From assembly GCA_937921685.1 (NCBI GenBank), contig CAKZUF010000006.1, forward strand, positions 1-31,150: 31,150 nt of DNA, given 5' to 3'. The notes under the pieces were generated by a model. It was not told the origin of the DNA and did no database searches. It was given only the letters and a program-made list of their open reading frames with translations. The translations under genes were made by a program, and so were the position numbers. Shown here in pieces: positions 1 to 7,470 of this stretch (positions are counted from its first letter, which is position 1; each line of letters opens with the position of its first letter). The DNA comes from an uncultured archaeon. Its GTDB lineage: Archaea > Thermoproteota > Nitrososphaeria_A > Caldarchaeales > Calditenuaceae.

Positions 1-9
1 AACTTCTTG

Positions 10-15
10 AAAAAA
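10..15 (-). terminator. oligo-T tract (C-TTTTTT) directly after the tRNA discriminator base
   Basis: The plus strand reads aaaaaa at 10..15, which is T6 on the tRNA strand. Archaeal RNAP terminates at oligo-T. Confidence 0.4.
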
Positions 16-51
16 GTAGCCCGGGCCGGATTCGAACCGGCGTCCCCGGGT

Positions 52-71
52 ATCTCCTCCACGTAGGGGAT
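52..71 (-). other. tRNA intron at canonical position 37/38 (20 nt)
   Basis: The insert AUCCCCUACGUGGAGGAGAU lies directly 3' of the anticodon-loop sequence CUUUGG. Removing it restores the 7-nt loop CUUUGGA and the CCGGG/CCCGG stem. Confidence 0.7.
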
Positions 72-89
72 CCAAAGCCCGGGATCCTT

Positions 90-118
90 GGCCCCTCACG
101 TCTGGCCATTGGGGGTTT
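90..118 (-). other. non-canonical tRNA intron in the D-loop (29 nt; boundary ambiguous by up to 4 nt because GGCC precedes both junctions)
   Basis: The insert AAACCCCCAAUGGCCAGACGUGAGGGGCC interrupts the D-loop motif AGCGGCC/AAGGAU. The cloverleaf only forms after it is removed. Confidence 0.6.
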
Positions 119-164
119 GGCCGCTAGACGACCGGGCTGTCCGGGCAATGGATGTGGCAGGCGG

Positions 165-171
165 TATTTAA
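165..171 (-). promoter_or_regulatory. TATA box (TTAAATA on the minus strand) about 27 nt upstream of the tRNA-Gln 5' end
   Basis: The plus strand reads tatttaa at 165..171, with archaeal TATA-to-start spacing relative to position 138. Confidence 0.45.
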
Positions 172-186
172 CTGGTTATCGCTGCT

Positions 187-369
187 TCAAACTGTTTTCT
201 CGACCTTGCCTGACGTCTCCCTCCAGCACCCCATCCCAGTCTTCTCGCTTATCCAGGCGAGGAAGATGTTTCGGAGGACCTCTGCGTCGCTGTTCCCCAT
301 CTTTCCCTTGAGCTGGCTTATACACTGGTACTGCTCGTCCGTGAGGGTTACTAATACGTGTTTTACCAT
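187..369 (-). CDS. ribbon-helix-helix (CopG/antitoxin-like) DNA-binding protein, 60 aa
   Basis: The N-terminal beta-strand and helix pattern VKHVLVTLTDEQYQCISQLKGKMGNSDAEVLRNIFLAWI is typical of RHH proteins. A TTTAAAAA box lies about 20-25 nt upstream on the minus strand (386..394). Confidence 0.55.
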   Translation of the reverse strand: MVKHVLVTLTDEQYQCISQLKGKMGNSDAEVLRNIFLAWISEKTGMGCWRETSGKVEKTV

Positions 370-437
370 TTCACATAGTCAGTAGCGTGTCTGGTTTTTA
401 AAGGTTTATAGCGGGTTTATGAGGCTATAATATTGGC

Positions 438-1289
438 CTAAACTATTGCAACCGGGTTAACTAGGCTGGCCGTAGCCCCGCGGACTCTTATTGGGCAGCA
501 TATGAATAGGAACTGGTAGACCCTGTCTCTTGAGAGCTCCTCTAGGTTGAGGTTCTCAAGCATGAATATCCCCCTCTCGACTATTAGGTGTTGGTGGACT
601 GGCTCTTCGTGGGGGGTGTCTGGCGACTCAGCCTGAATCCTCTCGACCGAGGGCGTATCGCCTCCAACTAAGACAATCCTTCGCGAAGAGAGCCACTTCG
701 CGACCTCAAGAGATATCCCCGGCATAGGCGGGCCGATGTAGCGACTGTTGTCCCTAGCCCACAGCCCACCCCACCCTGTCCTAAACAGTACCGCATCACC
801 TTCAGAGGGCTCGTCTAAGCCCTCAAACCTGAGGGCTTGGAGGACATCCTCCACCGTGATTAAGTAGTCGTCGGGTAGGATGTCTCTTCCTTTGGAGGCG
901 GCCACGTCTAAGAGGATGCCCCTGGTGACTATCGGCTGGAAATTCTCGGCGCCCAGCTCCACAGTCCCTCTCTCTGACTCAACCTCGTCAACCACCACGC
1001 CGCCATAGAGTCTCTTCCCAATTGAGACGTGGTTTAGAGCGTCTACATGCGTCCCCGTGTGGTCTGACATCTCCAGCCTGATGTTCATGGCCCCGAAGCT
1101 TCCACGCCACATCCGCAGAGAGTCTTTCACCCGTCTAAAGGTGGAATAGAAGAGGGGGCCGTGGAAGGGGTGTGTGGGGGTGCCCTCGTCTAGAATCCAG
1201 CCGAGCTGGTAGATGCGGCCCCTCCTCACGAGTGAGACGGACTGAGCAACCTTGGACTCCGATAGATACTCTAAAGCACCGTACACCAT
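438..1289 (-). CDS. cyclase-family protein (kynurenine formamidase-like, PF04199-type)
   Basis: Contains the metal-binding motif H-x-G-T-H-x-D-x-x-x-H (SDHTGTHVDALNH). Length of 283 aa is typical. Confidence 0.8.
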   Translation of the reverse strand: MVYGALEYLSESKVAQSVSLVRRGRIYQLGWILDEGTPTHPFHGPLFYSTFRRVKDSLRMWRGSFGAMNIRLEMSDHTGTHVDALNHVSIGKRLYGGVVVDEVESERGTVELGAENFQPIVTRGILLDVAASKGRDILPDDYLITVEDVLQALRFEGLDEPSEGDAVLFRTGWGGLWARDNSRYIGPPMPGISLEVAKWLSSRRIVLVGGDTPSVERIQAESPDTPHEEPVHQHLIVERGIFMLENLNLEELSRDRVYQFLFICCPIRVRGATASLVNPVAIV

Positions 1290-1389
1290 TCAGCCTCTAG
1301 CATCCCTTCACTGGGCCCCTATATTTGATTTCAGCACCTCTCGGGCATGGATGTGAAAATGTTATTGGGCGCGGCGGGGTTGTCTAAGC

Positions 1390-2388
1390 GTGATTGACTT
1401 CGGGTATCATGTCCTGCCGGAGTGGTTTAGCCCCGAGAGGATCATAGAGGGCCTGACCCTAGCCGAGGAGGCCGGCTTCACGACTGGATGGATCAGCGAC
1501 CACTTCCATCCGTGGTTCGATGAGGGCGCCCACTGCAGCTTCGCTTGGACAATACTCTCAGTAACTGCCGAGAGAACCAAAAGGATGAAACTAGGCACGG
1601 CCGTTACTGCGCCAATTCTCAGATACAATCCTGCGATCGTCGCGCAGGCGTTTGCGACGATGGATTATCTCTATCCCGGCAGGGTTGTCTTAGGTCTCGG
1701 GACTGGTGAGGCACTCAATGAGGTTCCCGTAGGATGTGGGTGGCCCAGCTTCAGGGAGAGGCTCGAGAGGCTTGAGGAGGCTGTACAGATAGTCAGGCTC
1801 CTCTGGAGGGGCGGGTTTGTGGATTTCCGCGGGAAATACTATAGGCTTCGTGGTGCCAAGCTATACACCCTCCCCAAGTCGAGCATCCCAATCTACATAG
1901 CCGCGAGCGGTCCGTCAACCGCGTATCTGGCAGGGAAGCTCGGGGTTGGACTCATCACGCTCGCAGGCCTCGGCTTGGACTGGCTAAGGGATAATGTCCT
2001 GAGAAGCTATAGGCGCGGATTGGCGGACTCGGGGCTGACGCAGGCGAGGCCGAGCATCGTGTGCGAAGTAATATGCTCATACGACGAGGATGAGGAGAAG
2101 GCCTTGAAGAACTGCTGGCCATTCGCAGCAACACTCTTACCGCTAATCTTTAGAGCGAACATTCACGACCCAAGAGAGATAGAGCAGTACGGCTATATGG
2201 TCCGAGAGGAGTTAATCAGGGAGCGCTGGATCGTTTCACCCAAGCCCGAAGACCACATAGAGAGATACTCAAAGCTTGCCGAGCTAGGCTTCACCCACAT
2301 AGAGATTGTAGACATAAGCCCTGACCACAAGAAATTCATCAAATTCTACAAAGAGAGAATACTCCCCCACTTCCAGCAGACCCAGTAA
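1390..2388 (+). CDS. LLM-class F420-dependent oxidoreductase (G6PDH-family type luciferase-like protein); GTG start
   Basis: The N-terminus FGYHVLPEWFSPERIIEGLTLAEEAGFTTGWISDHFHPW...FAW...GTAVTAPILRYNPAIVAQAFATMDYLYPGRVVLGLGTGEALNE matches the conserved LLM/F420 G6PDH-family pattern. Confidence 0.8.
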   Translation: MIDFGYHVLPEWFSPERIIEGLTLAEEAGFTTGWISDHFHPWFDEGAHCSFAWTILSVTAERTKRMKLGTAVTAPILRYNPAIVAQAFATMDYLYPGRVVLGLGTGEALNEVPVGCGWPSFRERLERLEEAVQIVRLLWRGGFVDFRGKYYRLRGAKLYTLPKSSIPIYIAASGPSTAYLAGKLGVGLITLAGLGLDWLRDNVLRSYRRGLADSGLTQARPSIVCEVICSYDEDEEKALKNCWPFAATLLPLIFRANIHDPREIEQYGYMVREELIRERWIVSPKPEDHIERYSKLAELGFTHIEIVDISPDHKKFIKFYKERILPHFQQTQ

Positions 2389-2440
2389 AACCAGCCTCCA
2401 CTGATATCCCGTATTTTCCCACATGCTCCACCCGGCGACT

Positions 2441-2450
2441 AATTTAAATT
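2441..2450 (+). promoter_or_regulatory. TATA box (AATTTAAATT) for the FKBP gene
   Basis: Centred about 28 nt upstream of the ATG at 2474. This argues that 2474, not 2423, is the real start. Confidence 0.45.
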
Positions 2451-2473
2451 TGGACGCTTCATTTAGGCTTAGT

Positions 2474-3211
2474 ATGAGCGGAGAGGAGAGACAGGGCGCG
2501 GAGCCCCAAGCCGGGGCAGAGGAGCTGAGGGTGGCGCCTGGCAGCTTCGTCGAGCTCGACCTCCTGATCAGGGTGAAGGATACGGGCGAGCTGGTAGACT
2601 CCACCATCGAGGAGGAGGCGAGAAAGGCGGGATGGACGGCCGGAAACTTCAGGCCCAGACTGACTATAGTTGGCAAGGGGTATCTGCTAAAGCCCGTTGA
2701 GGATGAGCTCATCAACATGAAGGTCTCAGAGCACAAGGTGTTTGAGCTCCCACCAGAGAGAGCCTTTGGTGCCAGAGACCCCTCCAAGGTCAGAGTAATA
2801 CCTCTCAGGAGGTTCAAGGACGTGGACCAGCCACTCACACCTGGGATGCGGGTGATCGTGGATGGGCGTGAAGGATATATCCGGAGCATAGAGTCTGGGA
2901 GGGTTCAGGTCGACTTCAACCACAGACTTGCAGGGAAGACGCTCGTATCGGAGGTCTGGATAAGAAGAATATTGACAGAAGACAAAGACAAAATACTGGG
3001 AATAGTGAAGATGCTACTCCCTGAAGCAACAGATGAGAATACTCACGTAGAGGTGAGTAAGCCTGAAGTGTCTATAAGGCTTCCCAAAGAGAGCCGCACA
3101 GTTTCAGGGATACAGCTAGTAAAGCAGTCAATCGCTAGGGAGATATTCGAAAACATCGAGGGGGTAACAAAGGTTACATTCACAGAAGAGTATCTGAAGG
3201 AGGAAAGTTAA
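2474..3211 (+). CDS. FKBP-type peptidyl-prolyl cis-trans isomerase (long archaeal type with IF insert and C-terminal domain)
   Basis: Contains VELDLLIRVKDTGELVDST..., GKGYLLKPVEDELINMKVSEHKVFELPPERAFGARDP and VDFNHRLAGKTL, the FKBP core with a flap insert. The start was moved to Met18 of the tracked ORF because of the TATA position. Confidence 0.85.
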   Translation: MSGEERQGAEPQAGAEELRVAPGSFVELDLLIRVKDTGELVDSTIEEEARKAGWTAGNFRPRLTIVGKGYLLKPVEDELINMKVSEHKVFELPPERAFGARDPSKVRVIPLRRFKDVDQPLTPGMRVIVDGREGYIRSIESGRVQVDFNHRLAGKTLVSEVWIRRILTEDKDKILGIVKMLLPEATDENTHVEVSKPEVSIRLPKESRTVSGIQLVKQSIAREIFENIEGVTKVTFTEEYLKEES

Positions 3212-3244
3212 CTATAAAACTGAATGATACCGGTTCTCTGACCG

Positions 3245-3439
3245 ATGGATATGGCATGGATGGGTGCTCTCTTGCTACTCTTCTTCGGCGTCCTAGGCGT
3301 TGGGGTGGGGCTGATACTCGGGGGGTATCTGACGGGGGAGAGGCTCTATATCTATTTGGGCGTGACCGCGGCGCTCCTCTCAACCATCCCCCTATTCCTC
3401 TCAGCCATCCTAGGCGGTTCTAAAACTGCCCAGACTTAA
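3245..3439 (+). CDS. small hypothetical membrane protein (two predicted TM helices, 64 aa)
   Basis: Has two hydrophobic stretches (GALLLLFFGVLGVGVGLILGGYL and LGVTAALLSTIPLFLSAILGG). There is no family signature and coding status is uncertain. Confidence 0.35.
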   Translation: MDMAWMGALLLLFFGVLGVGVGLILGGYLTGERLYIYLGVTAALLSTIPLFLSAILGGSKTAQT

Positions 3440-3695
3440 TCGTTTCTAGGAGCGATATAGCCAGCCAGAGCTGGGTCCTAGCGAAGCTGGGAATATTACT
3501 GTCCGAGATGATCTCCTCTATCTTCTCTATGGCGTTCGCCGCCCTAACGGCGGGTGAATACTTCTCATTAAAGAGCTCCTGGGAGACCTCCTTAACCGTC
3601 CTCCTCACATTGCGGGGCATCGTCATATCATTGGCAACCGCCTCTAAAATTTGGACAATCCTCTGGCGTTTCTCCTCCCAGGACGAGCCAGACAT
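3420..3695 (-). CDS. UPF0147-family small helical protein (conserved archaeal, unknown function)
   Basis: A 91-aa all-helical protein with the characteristic D-x-x-x-P-R-N-V-R-R block (NDMTMPRNVRRTVKEV). Confidence 0.6.
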   Translation of the reverse strand: MSGSSWEEKRQRIVQILEAVANDMTMPRNVRRTVKEVSQELFNEKYSPAVRAANAIEKIEEIISDSNIPSFARTQLWLAISLLETIKSGQF

Positions 3696-3786
3696 ATCCC
3701 AACACTATCAGGCATCAGACAAACGCATTATATAAGCATAGACTGGCCATGAGCAGTAAGATTAGAGAGTTGTTACCAGTTAATGG

Positions 3787-3794
3787 TTTTATAG
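3787..3794 (+). promoter_or_regulatory. TATA box (TTTTATAG) for the HExxH gene
   Basis: It abuts the TTG at 3795 and lies 25-32 nt upstream of the in-frame GTG at 3819. Confidence 0.4.
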
Positions 3795-3818
3795 TTGAAC
3801 AACAGGCTAGCACCAGAA

Positions 3819-4301
3819 GTGACTACAATAGTTGACGAGGTGGAGAATGCGCAAGACTTTGACTCCATTCTCCGCGTAGTTAAACGCGTAGTTGGGGAGA
3901 AATTAGGGATGCGGAGGGCGGGTCTCATGCTGATAATTGCCGACGCGCCACCCGGCATACTAGCCTATCATGAGGTGGGCTCCAACTCCATTGTTGTGAA
4001 TAGGAGGCATTTGGAAGTGTGGATGTCCGGTAAGTCGAGAACTGAGAAAAATTCATACATCTTCGTAGTCCTCCTCCACGAGTATCTCCACAGCCTAGGG
4101 ATCTTGGATGAGATTGAGGTGAGGAGGCTGGTAAGGGCCCTCGTCCAAGAATACTTTGGACAAGACCATATCGCCACTAGACTGGCAAGCGGTGAGCCTA
4201 TTATTGGCAGAGAGTTTATCCAAGGCGTCTATTTGGGAAGGCCTAGAGAGCCGGTCCTAGTCAGGGATTTTGACACGGAGAACCTGAGCTATATAGGCTA
4301 A
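3819..4301 (+). CDS. hypothetical small HExxH protein (putative minimal zinc metallopeptidase)
   Basis: The HEYLH motif sits in VVLLHEYLHSLGILDE. The start is placed at GTG 3819 because of the TATA position, and the tracked ORF starts at TTG 3795. Confidence 0.5.
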   Translation: MTTIVDEVENAQDFDSILRVVKRVVGEKLGMRRAGLMLIIADAPPGILAYHEVGSNSIVVNRRHLEVWMSGKSRTEKNSYIFVVLLHEYLHSLGILDEIEVRRLVRALVQEYFGQDHIATRLASGEPIIGREFIQGVYLGRPREPVLVRDFDTENLSYIG

Positions 4302-5599
4302 CCAAGCACCGTTTCTACCTCTCCTATCAGGCAGTGTCTCCGTGCATCCACCACTTCTGCCTCCACAAATCTGCCCAAGAGCTCTGCTCCACTTACTCGG
4401 GGGAAGGCGATGGGCCTGTATGCATAGTTCCGACCGATAGCCTCTCCCTTCGCGCCTACCTCGTCGACTAAAACCTCGCCACGCCAGCCCACCCACTCCT
4501 CATTCCTTGCAATAGATATCTCGTTACAAAGCCTGGTCAGGATTCTGCTCCTCTTGTTCACCTCTTCCGGGGGGAGGGGGTTCAGTTTTGCCGCCTCCGT
4601 ATGCGGCCTCGGATAGAAGCGGGATATGTTGACAAAGTCGGGCCTAACTTTCTCGACGAGGCTGAGCGTTTCCTCAAAGTCTTCCCAACTCTCCGTCGGA
4701 TAACCAACTATGATGTCGGTCATTAGCGTGAGGTCGCGGTGAGCCTCTCTAAACAACTCAACAAACCTCAAGAAATCGTTGACGGAATACCCCCTCTTCA
4801 TGTCTCTAAGGACCCTGTCGCTTCCACTCTGCACACAGAGATGGAGGAACTTGAAGACCCGATGGTCCCTGTAGGCGTCCACCAAGCGCTTCAATTCGAG
4901 CTTCTTAAAGTGGAGAGGATTCATCATCCCCACCCTTATGAAATACTTTCCGGGTATGTGGTCGAGTATTGAGCGTAGGAGCAGCGAGATGTCCACCCCT
5001 ATGTCTCTACCGTATGCCGAACAGTCTTGAGACGTGAGCCAGACCTCTCGGCACCCTTCCCTAACAGCCCTAGCTACAGCCTCTCGAACCAACTCAGGCC
5101 TGTAGCTAAGCAAGCTCCCCCTAGCCAGCTTTGTCTGGCAGAAGGTGCAACCTGAAAGACATCCAGAGCTTATCTCCACGATATCAACCGCCTTGTTTAG
5201 CCGGATGTGTGGTAGGAGAGGCTTCTCAACACCGTCATCCGACAGATAGACTCCTCTCCCGCCCTGTAGTGCAACACTTACAGCCTCCACTATCTTGGAT
5301 AGGGAGCGCGGTGATACGAGTGTGGCCCTAGGCGCGATCCGCCCCACCACCTCCGGCTCAGCCTTAGCCATACACCCAGCCACCACAAGCGGCTTACCAA
5401 AAGATTGTAGCAGCTTAATCCGGTGAACCATCCGGTGCTCAGTCGGCGTCTTCACGACACAGGTGTTGATTATGCTTACGTCTGCCTCGCGGGGATTGTT
5501 TACAAAAACGTAGCCAGCACTCTGCAGCAGACCCATGATTATCTGTGCGTCTTGAAGGTTCGAGGCGCACCCGTAGGTCTCGACGTATACTTTCTGCAA
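4298..5599 (-). CDS. archaeal MiaB-like radical-SAM methylthiotransferase (t6A37 methylthiotransferase, CDKAL1/e-MtaB type)
   Basis: Has an N-terminal UPF0004 domain (VYVETYGCASNLQDAQ), a radical-SAM CxxxCxxC cluster (SSGCLSGCTFCQTK) and a C-terminal TRAM-like domain. Confidence 0.85.
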   Translation of the reverse strand: MQKVYVETYGCASNLQDAQIIMGLLQSAGYVFVNNPREADVSIINTCVVKTPTEHRMVHRIKLLQSFGKPLVVAGCMAKAEPEVVGRIAPRATLVSPRSLSKIVEAVSVALQGGRGVYLSDDGVEKPLLPHIRLNKAVDIVEISSGCLSGCTFCQTKLARGSLLSYRPELVREAVARAVREGCREVWLTSQDCSAYGRDIGVDISLLLRSILDHIPGKYFIRVGMMNPLHFKKLELKRLVDAYRDHRVFKFLHLCVQSGSDRVLRDMKRGYSVNDFLRFVELFREAHRDLTLMTDIIVGYPTESWEDFEETLSLVEKVRPDFVNISRFYPRPHTEAAKLNPLPPEEVNKRSRILTRLCNEISIARNEEWVGWRGEVLVDEVGAKGEAIGRNYAYRPIAFPRVSGAELLGRFVEAEVVDARRHCLIGEVETVLG

Positions 5600-5651
5600 G
5601 CCTCTAGGCTAAAAATCCAAGAGTAGGATATTTACCTTCAAGACACGCCAG

Positions 5652-6260
5652 CTATCCCTCAGAATAGTCAGGCCCCCTCAGAAGCCGCATGGCCCTCTCC
5701 CTAGATATGCCAAGCAGGGATATCAGCCTCTCAGCCTCCTTATCCGAGGTATCCGCAAGCCCTTTAGAGAGCTGCCTCCAGCTCTCATACCTACTCCACG
5801 GATACAGGATCCAGCTACTGGTCTTTACGACGTAGTAATCGGGGTGGAAGGCGGTCCAGGGCTTAATGTGCAGCACAGCCGTCTTCACATCTTTTGGGGA
5901 GAGGGGGGCTAGTATTTTATTCAAGGCTGTCCATAGCGTTTTCCCCTCATCAGAGACATCATCTACTAGCAAGACGGTATGGTTGTTGAGCGGGGGAAGC
6001 TTAGGCCAGTGATATATATGGACCTCATCTCTATCGCCTATCCCCCTATAACTCCTCAGGCCGAGGGGATACACCTCGTCTATCGCAAGAATGTCCGAGA
6101 GGAGGTTTGCCACGAAGAGCCCACCCCTTAAAATACCGATGATCATGTCCGGCCGGTAACTATTCTCTATCATGGCAGCCAGTTCTTCAACCTCCTTCAT
6201 AATATCCTCCCAAGCAAGGAGCAGGAAGCTCCTCCCACCTATCTGAACCTCCCTAGCCAT
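5652..6260 (-). CDS. type-I phosphoribosyltransferase (purine PRT-like)
   Basis: Contains the PRPP-binding motif VLLVDDVSDEGKTL. Length is 202 aa. Confidence 0.75.
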   Translation of the reverse strand: MAREVQIGGRSFLLLAWEDIMKEVEELAAMIENSYRPDMIIGILRGGLFVANLLSDILAIDEVYPLGLRSYRGIGDRDEVHIYHWPKLPPLNNHTVLLVDDVSDEGKTLWTALNKILAPLSPKDVKTAVLHIKPWTAFHPDYYVVKTSSWILYPWSRYESWRQLSKGLADTSDKEAERLISLLGISRERAMRLLRGPDYSEG

Positions 6261-6300
6261 CTTGCGATGCTACCTCACCCTACAAAATGTGTCAGACACG

Positions 6301-6310
6301 TATTTTAAAT
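6301..6310. promoter_or_regulatory. near-palindromic TATA element (TATTTTAAAT), possibly shared by the divergent PRT and FAD-oxidoreductase genes
   Basis: It reads as a TATA box on both strands. It lies about 35 nt upstream of TTG 6341 (+) and about 45 nt upstream of ATG 6260 (-). Confidence 0.35.
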
Positions 6311-6340
6311 GGTGCCCACAGTGGAGGCTCGGCGGGAGGG

Positions 6341-7447
6341 TTGTATGACTTAGCGGTTCTGGGGGGCGGGGTCGTAGGCTGCTTCTCCGCCTTGAGGGCG
6401 GCTGAGCTGGGGTTGAGGACCATCCTAATCGATGAGAGAGGTGTTTTCGGAGGCGCCTCGGCAAGGTCCGCAGGGGTCTTCACAGTCCAGCTAGACACCC
6501 CCCTCGACGTCGAACTCACGGCTAAAAGCATAGAACTGGTTAAACGGTACATCGCGGGTAGAGCTTGGAAGGAGACAGGATTCCTACAGATCGGGAAGGA
6601 GCATGCCCTGAGGGAGAGTATGGAGTCGCTTGAAAAATGCGGTATAAGATACGAGGTACTCGACAGTGAGGAGATAGCAGATAGGTGGCCAGAGTTTGTG
6701 GTAGAGCCTGAACTCATCGGAGTCTACACCCAGCCCGACCTCTCCGTTGAGCCGAAGATACTAGGCCGTGAACTAAGGGGAATACTGGTTGAAAAAGGGG
6801 TCAAGGTAATCGAAGGGGTCAGGGCCACAAAACTTGACGTCACTTCGAGTGAAGCTACAGCAGTGGCTCTCTCAGATGGCTTGCGCATCGCTGCAAGCTA
6901 CTTCATTCTCGCTACAGGGCCTTGGACAAGGGAGATCTTGCACAATAGTCAGATGGAAGTTGAGACATTCCTCCTCACATGCTTTGCTTACAGGGTTAAC
7001 CTCGGCCAAGAGTTGAATATACCGAGCTTCTCAGACGAGTATCTCCACACATATTGGCGTCCCTGGGGAGCTACACTGGTCGGGGGAAGATATGATGCTG
7101 AGTTTGCTGAGACTCCCGACATATCCGACGCCCAGCCCCCAAGCAGGTCCTTGAGATTGGCCCTAAAGTTCCTGCTCAGACGGCTGAAAACCCCCTCGCC
7201 ACCTGAATTGGTCGAATACATGAGGGGCCCCTGCACCTTCACTGGCAACGGAATGCCAATTTTCGGACCAATCCCTTGCCTAAATAACGCCTTCATTATA
7301 GATGGTCTTGGCGGATATGGGTTGATGAGAGGCCCTGCACTTGGCTACTTAGCGGTCGACGCAATTGTGCTAAACCGAGAACTAGACAAGTATAGCGTGT
7401 ACTCGCCTCTGAGAGCTTTTAGATGGAATAAAAAAATGCTTTTATAG
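6341..7447 (+). CDS. FAD-dependent oxidoreductase (DAO/glycine-oxidase-like family)
   Basis: Has an N-terminal dinucleotide-binding fold, YDLAVLGGGVVGCFSALRAAELGLRTILIDE. The start is set to TTG 6341 because the only TATA lies downstream of the tracked ATG 6287, which remains an alternative. Confidence 0.7.
   Translation: MYDLAVLGGGVVGCFSALRAAELGLRTILIDERGVFGGASARSAGVFTVQLDTPLDVELTAKSIELVKRYIAGRAWKETGFLQIGKEHALRESMESLEKCGIRYEVLDSEEIADRWPEFVVEPELIGVYTQPDLSVEPKILGRELRGILVEKGVKVIEGVRATKLDVTSSEATAVALSDGLRIAASYFILATGPWTREILHNSQMEVETFLLTCFAYRVNLGQELNIPSFSDEYLHTYWRPWGATLVGGRYDAEFAETPDISDAQPPSRSLRLALKFLLRRLKTPSPPELVEYMRGPCTFTGNGMPIFGPIPCLNNAFIIDGLGGYGLMRGPALGYLAVDAIVLNRELDKYSVYSPLRAFRWNKKMLL
7439..7447 (+). 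promoter_or_regulatory. TATA box (CTTTTATAG) for gdhA
   Basis: Centred 28 nt upstream of the ATG at 7471. Confidence 0.45.
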
Positions 7448-7470
7448 CAAGATTAGTAGTTTGCGCGGGA

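Larger units (their letters stand above)
17..138 (-). tRNA. tRNA-Gln (anticodon UUG), pre-tRNA with two introns; mature length 73 nt; CCA not encoded
   Basis: The reverse complement of 17..138 reads AGCCCGG UC GUCU AGCGGCC[29-nt insert]AA GGAU C CCGGG CUUUGG[20-nt insert]A CCCGG GGAC GCCGG UUCGAAU CCGGC CCGGGCU A. With both inserts removed it forms a complete cloverleaf: 7-bp acceptor stem, GUCU/GGAU D stem as in Glu/Gln tRNAs, 5-bp anticodon stem, 5-bp T stem and a GTTCGAATC T-loop. Confidence 0.85.

Noticed and set aside
100-129. Alternative reading of the tRNA with a GUCU/AGAC D-stem and a giant D-loop, with no D-loop intron
   Set aside because: It would give a D-loop of 22 nt, and the following sequence cannot form an anticodon arm. 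The two-intron model yields a complete canonical cloverleaf, so the AGAC is treated as intron sequence.
117-385. Plus-strand ORFs 117..311 and 152..385 overlapping the tRNA gene and the RHH gene
   Set aside because: They overlap a well-supported tRNA and its promoter. Their translations are Arg/Pro/Ser/Cys-rich low-complexity sequence with no motif. They are antisense shadows of the RHH gene.
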